Positions 25,182 through 38,680 of a stretch of DNA of 64,000 bases are shown one piece after another. Positions within the stretch are counted from its first letter, which is position 1. Each line of letters begins with the position of its first letter. The notes below the pieces were generated by a model. It was not told the DNA's origin, did no database searches, and saw only the letters and a list, made by a program, of their open reading frames with translations. The translations under genes were made by a program, and so were the position numbers. This DNA is from Lama glama (taxonomy: Eukaryota): assembly GCA_028534125.1 (NCBI GenBank), contig CM052817.1, forward strand, positions 94,056,001 through 94,120,000, read 5' to 3'.

Positions 25182-25865
25182 AAAACAATACACCTACACT
25201 TCTATATCTTGATGTGTCTGTTTTTTCAAGTAGCTTTTGATCTTATTTCATAAATAATGAGGGATCTAGCTCATAACTAGCTCCTTTTCCTCCAAGAACA
25301 TTTTAACCTTTATTATTTTAGCTCTACTACTGGTAATTTTTGTAACTTTAAGGAACTGTGTCTTCTATTTCTTAATCCATCTACTACTAGTACTGTTCCA
25401 TACTCTGATTTATACAATGAGGAATGAGCTCCCTCCACTTTGCTCCAACTCTCCTCCTCCACCACCTTTCAGCTTATCAGCTCTACCTTTCATTTTTACA
25501 CTATTAAAGTTTATAATATTTTTACTTTATGTAATTTGAATATACATGTATATATATAATTATTATAATTAAATGTTCTATACTTTGTCTAAAGGTTGAA
25601 TCATGAAAAATTGAAAAACAATTATGAATATTTAAAATATGATTAAGGAAATGGTATTCTCAGCAGAACAAATGGTAAGATTGGACTCACAAAGACTCAA
25701 ACATAATCACATGTCGATAAGCTGTGCTGCTTGAAGGAACCTTCTCCAATGTCAAGGGCAAATAGATATTCTTTTCTCACATTCCATCAATTGCTCAATA
25801 TCACGCCACATTTTTCCTTTGCTTCATTTTTAGACAATCAGTTTTAAACAGATGTTTTCCCTCAC

Positions 25866-26449
25866 TGTACTGGTCAGCTTGGGCTTCCATAACCAAGCAC
25901 CACGGACTGAGCGGCTTAAACAATAGACACATTTTCTCATGGTTCTGGAAGTTGGAAATCCAAGATCAAGGTGTCAGCAGGGTTGTTTCTGGTAAGATCC
26001 TTCTTCCTGGCTTGTAGATAGCCACCTTCTCACTGTGTCCTCACATGGCCTTTCTTCTGTGCATGGATGGAGAGAGAAAGATCATTATTTAGATCTTTCT
26101 CTTCGTGTGAGGACACCAGTCCTACAGGATTAGGGTCCCACATTTCTGACCTCATTTAACCTTAATTACCTCCTTAAAGACCCTATTGCCAAATACAATC
26201 ACACTGGGGGTTAGTATTTCAACAAATGAATTTTGGAGTTTGGGGTGGGGTTTGGTTTTTTAAATTTTATTTATTTTTTAAAAAAAATTTTTGGAGGGGA
26301 GGTAATTCGGTTTTTTACTTATTTATTTTTAATGGAGGTACTGGGGATTGAACCCAGAACCTTGTGCATGCTAGGCATACATTCTACCACTGAGCTATAT
26401 CTTCCCCCTAACAAATGAATTTTGGAAGGACACAATTCAGTCCGCAATA
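25866..26449 (-). mobile_element. MLT1A/B-type MaLR solo LTR, split by a SINE
   Basis: ggttctggaagttggaaatccaagatcaaggtgtcagcaggg...gacctcatttaaccttaattacctccttaaagaccc...ggacacaattcagtcc. Confidence 0.85.
26238..26409 (-). mobile_element. tRNA-Ala-derived SINE inserted in the MLT1 LTR
   Basis: ggaggtactggggattgaacccag...ctaccactgagctata. Perfect 17-bp TSD aacaaatgaattttgga at 26221-26237 and 26410-26426. Confidence 0.92.
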
Positions 26450-26869
26450 CCCATGTTTGTTCAAAATCTATTTAGTAAATACTAGAATAAGTACTCCGCT
26501 ATGCTCACAAAGAGAGAAAAGTATCATTTACCCAGTGTCTAGGATGACCTAAAACTAAACCATGGGCTTGTCTGCTCTAAAAAATATGCATAAAATTATA
26601 AAATTCCCAGGCCAGATTACTCTTTGTCCTCAGAGAAAACACGGATTCTTGTCCAAGGCCTAGAGGTCCCAACTGGATGATCTAGAATGGGGTGGTTGTT
26701 CCTGAAGGCACTGAGGACTCTGCTCTTGCCCCAGCTTTCTCTATCACTCCCACGTCCTAGCAAAGGTGAGTGATAGACACTCTTACCCACATCAAGGAAT
26801 GAAGAAGGGATGGCCCAGGTGAGCACTCGCTTCATAAAACCATGGAGTGAAAGGCATCTTACTGCCTTG

Positions 26870-27012
26870 TAGTAAGATGCTTGTCCAGAGTTCCTCATTT
26901 CATAGTTGAGAAAACTGAAACCCAGAAAATGTGGGTGATGTTGTATGTCCACATTACACAGCCAGGTATATTTTGGAACCCAAGACTTCTGGCACTTCAT
27001 TCTGTGTCCTGT
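26870..27012 (-). mobile_element. MIR fragment
   Basis: cctcatttcatagttgagaaaactgaaacccaga...ggaacccaagacttctgg. Confidence 0.65.
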
Positions 27013-27496
27013 CCATGAAACCATGATATTTTTCAATTCCTCTCAAGGGGCAGATGGACCCTGGAATTCAGGGAAGATGCCTGATTGTTCTGGATGAATA
27101 TCCATTCAGCCCTGAGTAAGAACCGTAAACTGGGTCTCTGTTCCCAAGTTTGATATCTAATTACGGTCAAGAGCTGAACTGGAGACAGCTGAGCTGCCAG
27201 GTATTCAGATGGTCAATTAAGACAACAAGTCAAACTCAGAGGAACAATTAAGCCTCTATGCACTTACTGCAATGGTACAATCAGAAGGCAAAACTGGGGA
27301 AAAAAAAAAAAAAAGCACTGGCTCCCTCAGTGTTCCATTTTCTCTCCCAGAGCAGCTCCAGAGGAAGGTCAGGTGGATTAGCAGAGACTGGGGGGTTGTC
27401 TCACTGCCAGAGGAGCCCTGGGTTGGGGGGTGGAGAGACGGTGAAGAGTGGAAAACTACTGAACACTGAGTCAGCACAGAAAAGTGACTTCGGGAA

Positions 27497-27591
27497 GGGG
27501 ACGTGGGTACAGCTCGGGGGTAGAGCGCCTGCTTAGCATGTATAAGGTAATGGGTTCAATCCCTAGTACCTCCATTAAAAAAAAAAAAAAA
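27497..27591 (+). mobile_element. tRNA-Ala-derived SINE, short form
   Basis: gggtacagctcgggggtagagcgcctgcttagcatg...gggttcaatccctagtacctcca plus poly-A; aagtgact repeated at 27482-27489 and 27611-27618. Confidence 0.85.
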
Positions 27592-27979
27592 GTGGGTGGG
27601 GGGGGGAGATAAGTGACTGGAAGGCCTGTTGATAAGGAGGCCTCCCAACAGAGGCATTTGGACAAGGAATGTGGTTAAGTGTTAGCCTGCCCGGCCTGTG
27701 GGGAAGTGCGTCTGACTGTTACTCCCTCCAGACTGCCCACCAAGTGCGGGGAGGGCAGCTTTCCCCCAAGAGCCTTCCGGATGAAACCTTTGCAATTGCC
27801 CACGGTCAGCCTTGAAAGGTCACACATAGGATTTGCGCCTGGAGCCCGACTCCTCACGAGTGCTTTTCTATGTTCAAATATAGAGCAGGGCAAATTGGAA
27901 GACCTCAGTAAATATATGCTTATATTTCTTCTTTTGTTTTGGTTATTATAAAGATCTGAATATAAATTAATAGTGCATT

Positions 27980-28073
27980 TTTTTTCCTCTTTATTTTTTT
28001 TAAATTGAAGTGTAGTCAGTTTACAAAGTGTCAATTTCTGGTGCACAGCATAATGTTTCAGTCATACATATAC
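27980..28073 (-). mobile_element. Extremely truncated L1 tail (94 bp)
   Basis: T-rich tail plus ttgaagtgtagtcagtttacaaagtgtcaatttctgg. Perfect 11-bp TSD aatagtgcatt at 27969-27979 and 28074-28084. Confidence 0.85.
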
Positions 28074-31000
28074 AATAGTGCATTATATTTTTTTCTGCCT
28101 GTATATACGGGTTTTTAACTTAAATTCCTAATCTTGTTATCACATTCATTGTATATGGTTTTAACTATAATCTCCTTGGTAGAAATAATCCTGGTAGAAA
28201 TAAAGAAGATAGTTTCATAAAGATATTAAAGCTATGTCAACCAGTAGGCAAAGAGTTGTGGCTTCTCCCTGCTGAGATTTCATCCTAAGAAAAGATACTC
28301 CAGATAGTATTTACGAACCCGCTTCTCTCTTCCTGATGCCAGACCCCACTAGCTTCCCTGACCTCATACATTCCCTAAACTAGGACAGAAGGCTCTGGAA
28401 AAAAAGAAATGGAAAAGAGAAGAAATTGACAGCCTGTTTCCACCCATCTGGTAGAACTTCTAAAAACTTTCAAAAGCCAATTTCGCTCTGCCAATGTGTA
28501 TTTTAAAAGGTTGGATATTGGATGTGGAAGGAAACTGAGCTGCAGAGCAAGACTGAAGTGTTGTGTGAAATTTCAGTAATGATGCCCATTAACTGAAAAA
28601 ATATTTGCTTGGGATGACTTTGCAGGGCCGCCCCTGGGTTAGCCAACAGAGCTGGAACGCGCTGGCCAGGGCGCCCCATGGCCGTTTCACCTACCATGTC
28701 TGCAAAGCTGGAACACCTCCGAGCTTGCCTTCCTATATTGTGTGTATATCCATAGCTGCTTCTATTTAAATAAATGACACGCAGAATGTTATAAGGGTGG
28801 ATTAAGGTGGAAATACACCGCAAAGGAGAGAACCACCGTTAAGCATCATCTTTCTGCTTCTCCCCAGCTGAGCCTCAGGCTTACAACATTTCTTTTCCCC
28901 CTGGATTTCAAAAGAAAATTATTATTATTTTCACTTGGCATACAGTAGAATTAACTTTACTACTGGGGTACTGTCCAATGAGGTTTGTTTGTTTGGGGTT
29001 TGGTGGAAGACTTTACATAGTCTTGAGTGGAAAAGGTATTAAAATTAGCTCTTAATATTCCAGTTTTTTGTTGTTGTTGATTTAGGACAGTTCATAGGTG
29101 CTATTTAAAGTAGGTCTCTAGTATTTCCTTTCCTTGTATTTTTTTTTGTAACTGATTTCAGAGTCTTCCCCACTGCCTTGCTCATATTTTCTCTGCCCAT
29201 CCTCTGCACAATGCTTTGTCTTTCTTCAGTCCAACTCAGTCTGCTTCTGCACGCAGGCAGCCAACAGGATACACACTGTAAAGTCCATTTGGCCAGACTT
29301 GCTGTTTTCTATCTTCATATTTGGACATAGAGACTAAGAATCTGGAAGCACAGGTTTTCCATCTTCTGAAAACAATAATCCATGCTGTACTGATTGGCCT
29401 AAGTATTAAAAACGGGAGTTCAGTTGGTCCCTGCTATGGCTTTCATCGCAGGTTCTTTTGCATAGAGCCAAATCTCGGCTGCCCAAATGCCTTTTAGGCT
29501 GGAAATAGGCAGTGCTATTGCCTGGATCCCCATTACTTTTCTGACCACACCCACTCCCAGCCCTGCCCTCCTCAGCCCTGGTCAGATTATCACCCTTTCT
29601 GTGTAAGGAGGAAGTAAAGCTTCAACAAAGTTAAAAGACATATCTCAGTAGCCTGAGACTCTTTATCAGCCAGAACCACTAATGGTCCCTCGTTTCCTTC
29701 TGGCTACACTTTGGGACCAGCAGGAGTGCAGTGAAGGGTTCTGCCTCTTTTATTCATGAACAGAAGTAAAATTACCCTCAATGATCTTTGGGTGAATTCT
29801 CCTCCCCATGTATTAAATTTACTAAGAAGGACAAAATATATACATAAAGTCAATCCATTTCCATCATTTACCCACAGGTGTATTATATAATATTTCAGAA
29901 TATTTGTAATGTCTTAGGATTAACTACAGAATTATCCTCTTTAAAGGAAATCTACCAAACTTAGTCATAAGCAATGAGTCAGTCTCATCCCAGAAATCAC
30001 TCAAAGGGAGCATGTGAGCAAAGATAACAGGGACTTCTTCAAGGAAATGCACCCAAAACAATATCTAGAATACAAACCCTGTCCAGACTATCTTATGTCT
30101 AAATCTAAACAGTAAGAGAAATATTATAAACCACTGGCAAGACGGAACTTGAATGAGAGAGCTGCCAAATGTTATCAATGCCAGTAGAACAACAACGTGC
30201 CAAGATCTGAGGAGAAACCATGCCTAACTTCCACTGTTCCTAATGAAGCGGAAGAAAGTGTGTCCATGTCTGCACGTGACATTGTTCAGCATGGAAGCCA
30301 GAGTGTCACTCCTATATTAAGGATCCCAGGAAGATGAGGTTCACATTCAGCACCTTGGACTCGATGCTTCTTCCTAATAAGGAGAATATCAGTTTTCCCT
30401 TTGGATCTGCAATCAGGACACTTATCATCCCACCAAGAAGAACTGCCTTAGTCACAGTGAGGCTCACACAAAGGAACAAAGGAAACAGCATTCAGTCTCG
30501 GGTGTCAAAACCAAATCAAAGCAGTGAGATGAACAGAGCAGAGATTTCTGCTTGTTTTGTTTCCTTATAATGATTTTGTTCACTTATAATGATTCCTGAC
30601 ACACAGTAGGTGATCAATAAATATTTACTGAGTAAGTGATTATATGCAAGAATGACTAGGCAGTGATTCAACAGTTATTCACACTGAGGGATGAGCTATT
30701 CCTTGGTGTATGTCATCATTAAACATTTTGCAAAATGTTTTGGAAGTACAGTAACCTCCTTGATTTGCTATCCAGCTACCAAATACTGTATCTAAAATGA
30801 ATATAAAAGAAGGGCATAAGTAAGGTACATTTTTAATTCAACAAGTAGATATTGTGGACCTACTGTGTGCAGCCCATTATATCATATGAGAGTGAGAACT
30901 CTTTTATGGAAAGCAAATCACAGTACAGATATGAGACAAAACAGGAGTGGAACACAAAAGAGGATGAGCAGTGTTTGGATGGCATGAGAGGAAAAATGAT

Positions 31001-31102
31001 TCTTGTTTTAATCATCTGACCCTTGATGAGTAGCAACTAAAATCTCCTGTCGAAGATCCACCCTTTAACCCTTGTTACCTTTTCTACTTGATCATGTAGA
31101 TT

Positions 31103-31500
31103 GTATCAGTCAGAGTCTAGCCAAGGAAACAGAAGCCACTGTAGGTATTTCAAGCAGGAGGGGATTTAATACAGGGAATCAGAGCCCTTACACAAAACCA
31201 CTGTAAGTGGGAGGAGAATGAAGGTCAGGGCAGCCCCTCACAGAACTCAGAAGATCAGGAAGTTCAAGGATCAGAACAGACCTGAGCCAATGATCACAGC
31301 TTCCTGCAGCACCACAGTGGGTGATTTTCAAAAGAATACTTAGAAAGTCCTGACAAAGCCTCACGTCTGTGCTCTGCTGAAGCTCACACATTTGCCCACA
31401 GCTGCTGAGTCAAGGATAGCATATCCTTCTGCTCTGTTCTCAGCTTCAAGGAGGGCTCCCGTTCCTGGAACCTAAACTAGACACTGATGACAAAGCAGCT
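31103..31500. mobile_element. Old MaLR/ERVL-type LTR remnant
   Basis: tgtatcagtcagagtctagccaaggaaacagaagcc...gatttaatacagggaat, a typical MLT terminus. Right boundary uncertain. Confidence 0.5.
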
Positions 31501-31629
31501 TGGAAAAAAGGAGCTTCCAGACTTCCGCATGGGGATGGGAGGGAGGGAGGTGGACTGCTGCTTCTATACCAACAGAGAGAATCCAGCACAGAGATTTACG
31601 TTGTCTATGGTCAAATGTAAATGGTCTTC

Positions 31630-31933
31630 CAGAAACAGACTCTCAGTCACAGAAAACAAACTACGGTTACAAAAGGGGAAAGGGCAGGGGAAGGGATAAA
31701 TTAGGAGTTTACGATTAACACTACTATATAGAAAATAAACAACAAGGACCTACTGTGTAGCACAGGGAACTATATTCAATTTCTCATAATAAGCTATAAT
31801 GGAAAAGAATCTGAAAATACATATGTATGTATGTATGTATGTATGTATATGTATAACTGAATTGCTTTGCTATACACCTGAAACTAACAATGTAAATCAA
31901 CTACACTTCAATACAAAATAAAATTTTAAAAAA
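31630..31933 (+). mobile_element. 5'-truncated L1 3'UTR containing an (ATGT)n tract
   Basis: cagaaacagactc...tagcacagggaactatattcaa...tgtaaatcaactacacttcaat. TSD core gtaaatggt at 31617-31625 and 31934-31942. Confidence 0.85.
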
Positions 31934-34078
31934 GTAAATGGTTTTCATTCATCATGTGGACTCTGTCCTTTCTTCATAGAGTTGTTGTTGTCATCGTCTT
32001 CCTAAAGATCTCAAGTTCAAGAATCCTTCTAGATACCATCACAGAAAGACATGTGGACTAGACTGACCCTATTGACTATTTGTTCGGTCACCAAAGAGAC
32101 AAAGCCTGGTGAGCAGCTTGCCTGTGGACTGCTTTAAGAATGATACTTTAGTAACAGGGTGTGTTCCTGATCCCCTGGGAGGGCATGAAAGCTGGAAAGC
32201 AAAGGGAGGATGTTCTCAGGGAAGGCTTTGCACAGGAGGGTTGAAAATTTAGCAGCAGTTCTCTGAACAGATGAGAAAGCAGTTCAAGGCAACAGAATCA
32301 GCATGTGATAAGCCTCTCCTAGAATTTAAGAGCAGAGAGGAAGTGCATCTCTCCTGACTACATCAGCCCTCCCAACTTGAGCTCCCAGCTGAGGCCCCCG
32401 GGGAGGGGAAAGGAAGAGTAAGCCCAGACTGCTCACCTGCTCTCTTGCTCCAGCCCCTCCCTTGCCTCAGCGCATCTCTCCAGGAGGAAGCTTCCCTGGC
32501 CACCCAGGCTGTGAGCAAAGTTCTGCTCCGGAGGGAATGCCTCTGGGAACACTACTATGGCTTCCTAAGTGGACAGAAACACCCTGCCCTCCCTCTTCAG
32601 ATGTTTCCCTTGGGTTAGGGAGTGCTGAAAAACAATCTCAAATATCAGGTTCCCATCTGATCTGTAAAGTAAGGAAAACACCCTTTAATCTTTCTTTCTC
32701 TTCAATCCCTAGAGGTTTTTTTCTCCTGTAAGTGCAGTGGAAGTTCAGGCTCCAAAAAGCCACCTAGGAAGATGACCCATGGCCAACCCCAGATCCACAC
32801 CCCTGCTCTCCAGTTACCTTCGCTAACTGGACCGCGGGACTTTGCCAAAAGCAACATGGCAGAAGTCATGCAAGGAGAGAAGAGAAGGGGTGAGAAAGTG
32901 TATTAAGGGTTTACGGTCACTTCTTCACTAGGTTCCGTTACTCATTATGGGTCAAGATAAAGCACTCTGAGAACCAAACGACACTGAGAACAAGCCAAAG
33001 CACGGGAAGCCTTTCTACAAGAGCTGGAGAGGGAAGCGGGGTGGGAGTGGATGTTCATTTATCTTTAAAGGAAACTAAAATCTCTAATGTAAGAAAGACT
33101 GGATTTAGGGTTGAAAACACTTTCAAATACATTAGTAGCATACGGAAAAGGCCGACGACACGTTGATAGCCTTTCTCTTTTCAATGTGTTCCCTTGCCCT
33201 CAGCCTGATGGGCGGTTTGTTTCTGTTTATGCTTTTCCCCATTTTACAGTGGAGAATGCAATTAAGGAAGGATCACTACTAGACTCATCCTTCCCCTATA
33301 TTAACCCTCCATAATAATGAATAATCAGTCCTCGAGAAAAGACATTACAATGAAAAGGCTTAGTTAAACCCTAAAACTACAGGTTGAGCAAACATACCTG
33401 CAGCTGTGTGACGGCAGAAAAACCTTTGCACGAAGCTCGTCGATGAAGAATACGTGTTACAGAAACTTCCTTATGCTCCACGAAGTCATCTTGGGATAGT
33501 TTTAAGCAAAAGTCAATCATGCTGCGTGGCTAAATACATTAGTGCAAACTCGAATATCCCCAAATGGGAAAAAATATACACGAGGCCAAAAAAACTGTCG
33601 AACTGTTTCAGGTGAGAATTAAACTCAGAATGAAGACTGTAAATAAAATGTATTCTTTCTTTTATCTCATTGATAGATATTTTCTGTCAGAGTTTCAGTC
33701 TCAGAAGCCTAGGTGAACTTTTAAGCCTGGAAAAACGCTTAAGACTGGTAACGATTCCAGCAGGTGTATTTTTGAAACATGATTTTTATAAGCTCCCTCT
33801 CTCAAATCAATTGATGTCACCACCTCCAGAATGTGCCTAACTGGAGAATTCCAAACCAGTGGGGTTTTCCTGGGACAGTGTTGTATAAGGATCTCCGATA
33901 AAGCCTTTCCTAATATGCAGTCCTGAATTCTCGAGTCGTTACCATCAGAACAAAACTCAACAGCCAGAGAAATGTGTTTTCCTTCTGTAGCTCCCATACT
34001 CATTCCATTTCTGATGATAGCTTCATGGTCCCCATTACCTCATTTTTCTAGTGTTTGAAAACTAGATTTTTGATTTTC

Positions 34079-34260
34079 TAGTGTTTTCCTACAGGGGCAT
34101 CAATGGAATTCTGTGGAGGACGATCCTTCACTGTTCAAGACAGTCTACAACACTGCAAGAGATTAGTGTTCCTAGCCCTTGCTCACCAAATTGAGTAACA
34201 TCTCCCAGTTATCCTGACATCACAAGTTCTCCCCCACATTTCCAAACGCCGAGAACCTCC
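34079..34260. mobile_element. Degraded MER20-like MITE
   Basis: Similar to the cleaner copy at 60382-60585 (cactgcaagagattagtgttccta...cccagttatcctgacatcaca...ccacatttccaaacg). Confidence 0.45.
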
Positions 34261-35999
34261 ATACCTCAGACATATGTTTCTATATGGACACTGCTCGGTC
34301 TCACAGCCCCCAAAGGCAATTTACATTCTTGTGGCTGGGACGCTAGCCCCAGAAAATTCTTACGCACAATGCCAAGGTCTCCCTCCAGGGCTGTATTCAT
34401 CTCTGCTGAAGGCATGGTTCCTTCTAACACCGGTCCATTCTTTTTACTGAACATGACCATTGTTATGGAGTTGTTTCTTAGCTTATTTAGAGACACGAAT
34501 AAATATGGAAGGAGAATTAAATGTGTTTGCTTCACCCATGAGTTCACTTCCAGGTCGTTTCAGCCCAGCCTGCCCATCCTCATCACATTCCAGCCCCTCC
34601 TCATCAGTAAGGACAAATGTAACTATCTTCTGGATGGTGCTATTGTACCAATTACATTCTCTTCAAGAAAAGGACTATGAAGTTCTAGGCGAAGGAACTA
34701 CTTTTATTCATTGAAATCTTTTCCAGGCAGTATGTGTGATATGCCCTTGAATACAACCACAGCCACATGAGTGAACTTCAAAAGGCCTAGGAGAGAACTT
34801 CTTAGGCTCAGAAACCTTCCCAAGGATAAGATATGAATAGCCGCCCAGTGGCCCACAGGGAGAAATAATGGATTAGGAAGAAAGCAGGCCACTCTGATAC
34901 CACTTAGACCATACGGCACCAATCTTGTGAAGGCCCTGAAGAGTCTTTTCTGAACATTCATGCCCCTTGTCATCATGGTCCTGTCAGTTCTCAGCTATAT
35001 ACTCATCAAGACTTTTCCATCGCTCAGACTATTCAACATAGGAACATAAAACAAGCAAATTCTTAAGCCCACATGAGGTTTGGACAGAGGGAAAACTTTT
35101 TTCCCAGGCACAGGTGATGACTTTGGCATGACATGATGCTTGGCGTGAATAACAAAACACATTGGAATCACGCTGGAAAAATGAAAGAAATCGCCCTCAA
35201 TTCCACCTAACTCCAAAAACTTTTTTTTTATTTTTTCATATACCTTCCCGAGCTTCTCTATAATTGCAATCATAGTTTACATATCACTATGTATTGTGCT
35301 TTAAAAAAAGGTATCACAAATGTGTTCTATATTCTTACCTTGCTTACACAATTAGTATATTCAATGGTTGTAGTCCCTCTTGCTGATACACTGTAATTAA
35401 CTATATTATCTTCTTATTGTTGAATATTTAATGTTTTCCTTTTTTTAGTGTTTTTTTTCTACTACAGATAGAAACATCTGCCCTACATCTGTCAAAATAT
35501 TTCCTTAGGAAAAATTCTCTAGTGTAGAATTACTTGGTCAGAGGACATGAATGTTTTTGTGGCTTTTATTGAAAGTTACCTTATCTCTTTAAAACGGAGA
35601 TACGCCAGTTTGAAATGCTCTTTGCTACATATTCGTATCTAAACTTTACTCTCAACTCAGGTGACATAAAAAGGGTGGTGAAAAAAAAAGATAAGTCCGA
35701 ATTGCATTCCCTTTAGCAAGAGCACCTGTCTTGGATGAAGCTACACTTGAATACTCTCATCTGTCTTATGCAATTCTCAAAGCTGAGAGGATGAGAGCAA
35801 CAGGCGGTTCTGATTTTATTGTTGCTTTCATCCAGAGTTAAGTCAAACTGCAGAGGAAAACACTCCGGGAAGCATAGGAAACAAATGCTCTTTGTATTTG
35901 GATAAACATTTTTCCTGACTTCCTCCTATGATACAAAGAAAAGCCTCAAATATTTTGTGAAAAGCCTATATAATAGGTTAAGAAGCCTATATGAGAAGT

Positions 36000-36520
36000 T
36001 AATGCTTCTTTGGCTGCACAAGATAGAAATTTACTCTAGTTACCCAAGGGGGAAAAAGAATCTATAGGAAGTATATTAGTGAATCTAATAAAATTCAAGG
36101 AAGATCTGGGTCATATGGTCTATCCTTAGGATATATTTTACTGCAAATAACAAAAAAATCTGACTAAGAGTGGCCTTAGGAAAAAAGACATTTAATTATT
36201 AGACAAAATAACATTTCAGATATTCCAGGGCTGGCTCTGCCACTTAACAATGTCATCAAGGAGCCAGACCCTTTCCATTCTTTCATTTTACCAGCCTTGG
36301 TATGCAAGTCACTCTTGTGCTTGGTGACCTCATGGTTACAAGACAGCTGCCTTAACACCAGGCAGGGAGCAGGGGGTGAGGATGGTGGCCAGGGCAGAGA
36401 ACAACCAATTATTCTCTTTTTCTCAAGGAGCAATAAGTATTTTACAGAAGACCCTATTATGCCTCATTAGACAGAACCGAGTTTATGATTATCATTGGGT
36501 AGAACTGGGTTATAGATTTA
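36000..36520. mobile_element. Old MLT1 (J/K/L-type) LTR remnants
   Basis: ttactgcaaataacaaaaaaatctgactaagagtggcctta...aacaatgtcatcaaggagccag...cctcatggttacaagacagctgcc. Confidence 0.55.
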
Positions 36521-38499
36521 GGACCATCCCTAGACTGGAAGTTGGGACTATTTTTCATGTGATCAGGGAATCGTCAGCTGACACTGGAGGGAAATTGCGG
36601 TGTTTGAGAGTGGTGGTCAGACTAGTGTGTGCCACGTCCAGGAACCAGGGACTTTGTGGGTCTTGCTTCTTTGGTTAATGGGTTTCCATTGGCAGGAAAA
36701 TCTAATGTCTTTTTCCTCCTTGTCTCAAAGGCCGAATCGCCAAGAGAAGGACTCTCGTTGTCTCCACTTGGCCTATCAGGGAGAATCTCAAAGTGAAGGC
36801 ATGGCTCTGATGCCCCCTCTGATAATTCACAGGTGCAAAAGGGGAGGACATCAATTCTCAAAAAATGGGAAATGTTTGACCCCGAGATAAACGCGCTGGA
36901 CATCCCTTGCATCTAAGTTAAATGAAATACATCAGAAGGTATTTACTGACTTCCTCACGAGCTTAGAAGGACTTCTATAGGATCCCGTGGGGATACAGTC
37001 TCTAAGCGGTGGCGCTTGCCCCTGAAGAGCCTACAGTCTATTTGCGGAGATGCCCATGTAAATTGCACTACACAGAGTAGATGAGAGCTAATTACGAGGT
37101 ACCGACAATAAACGTCTTGACTCCAACAAATTCTGTTGAAGATAATGATACATCAACTACTTTCGGTAGAGGAAGGAAAGACCTGGCAATGCTCAGTTCA
37201 TTCAGCTGGCCCTCGTGAGTTAGCTATGCCACAGCTGTTTCCAGTCCACCCCTTGCCGGAGGGTCACAGCCTCTTCTGACGTTTTGGTGGCAAGGGCTTA
37301 GAGAGTGCCTCAAGAAATCATTTCCCTTAGGCAGCCTTCAACTTCCCCACCCTCTCTCGCCTTCCTCAGCACACTCATCTTTAATGCCTTATTCCCCACA
37401 CCCTTATTTTCTGGGTGGTTAGTGAAAACTCTAATTATTATTAGGGGCGAAGGTTTTCAAAGTTTTTTTGTAACCACAAAGTAAGCATGCAATGCAAGAT
37501 AAAGTTAATGATTCTGCTCCTGATCTGCTGTGTGATAAATCGTAAGTTCCCTAACCTTTCTGTGATGAAGAAATCATGTAAAGAAAAACAATCTGATTTG
37601 TCTCTTTCCCACCTTTTCAACCAGGTTCTGAGTGGAAATCAGTGAGATGGCCCCAAAACACTTGGTAATATTTTAGCAAAATATTTTACAAAAATGTGCA
37701 GTCCTTTAGTAAAATAACAGCGTTCAATTGGATTTGTTATATATTTTCTCTCCTTGAAAGAGTTAATAGCCCTTCAGTTGGAAAATCCAATTACTGAAGT
37801 CTATACAATTTCTGTTGGTCATTGGAGAATTCAGAAACACTGTGAATCCAATTAAGAAAAAAAAAATGTTCACACCCTTAAATAGATTACAGCCAGCAGG
37901 ACTAAAACCTAATTAGAAATGCTGCTACCATCTGAGATTACTTATGAGCCAAAAACAAATTGCTTAAACCAAAACAAAGAGACTCCCAAAGGCCCTGGAA
38001 TAGTATTTGGGTTGAAAACGTGGTTAATATTTTCCCTCCAGACTTAGCACTCAGATCTGGATCTACTATTATCCCACAAGGTTCTTGTTTTTCCATCATT
38101 GACTGCTACTCAGGACTTTCCCCAGGAAGCAGACCCTTAGTAACCGGAAGACTTTGTAAATATTTCTCCTTTCAGGAAAAAGAACAGAAGTGAGGAAAAG
38201 GAGGATGCACTCTGGAAAAGGAATCTACCATCTCCTAGACTGCATGATTTCCAGATGCAGCTGAAAGCCACTTCCTTTGTAAAGCCTTCCTCGATCCCAT
38301 AATTAGTAATTAACTTCCTTGTGTTGGAAACTAGCAGGGCTGATCATTTTAATCTCTTCCTAGCATTTCTTGTAATGACTTACACTACTGTTAGTTATTT
38401 CCCCATTCACCTTCCTCACCAAAGTTATAAGTTCTTGGGGGAACAACCTATCCTCTCACATTTTTGACTCCTTCTCACCCCTATCAGTGTCTGAAATAG

Positions 38500-38680
38500 T
38501 TACTTATTAAATAATAACACCCACTGTGTGTCAGGCACTGTGTTAGCTACCAAAGAGAAAATGGAGAGCAAAACCGTTCTCTTTGCCCATTGCTATAAGT
38601 CTAGTTGGATAAGTGATATGATCGAATAAGCAATGACAGCAAAATCCGATGCATCCTGTGATCAAAGTTGAGGTGTTCAG
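38500..38680 (-). mobile_element. L2 3' fragment
   Basis: cactgtgtgtcaggcactgtgttag...tctagttgg. Confidence 0.55.

Noticed and set aside
28171..28203. Short direct duplications (tggtagaaataa x2; similar at ~30565, 35963, 56971, 61922)
   Set aside because: Two-copy slippage duplications typical of neutral DNA; no regular repeat-spacer array.
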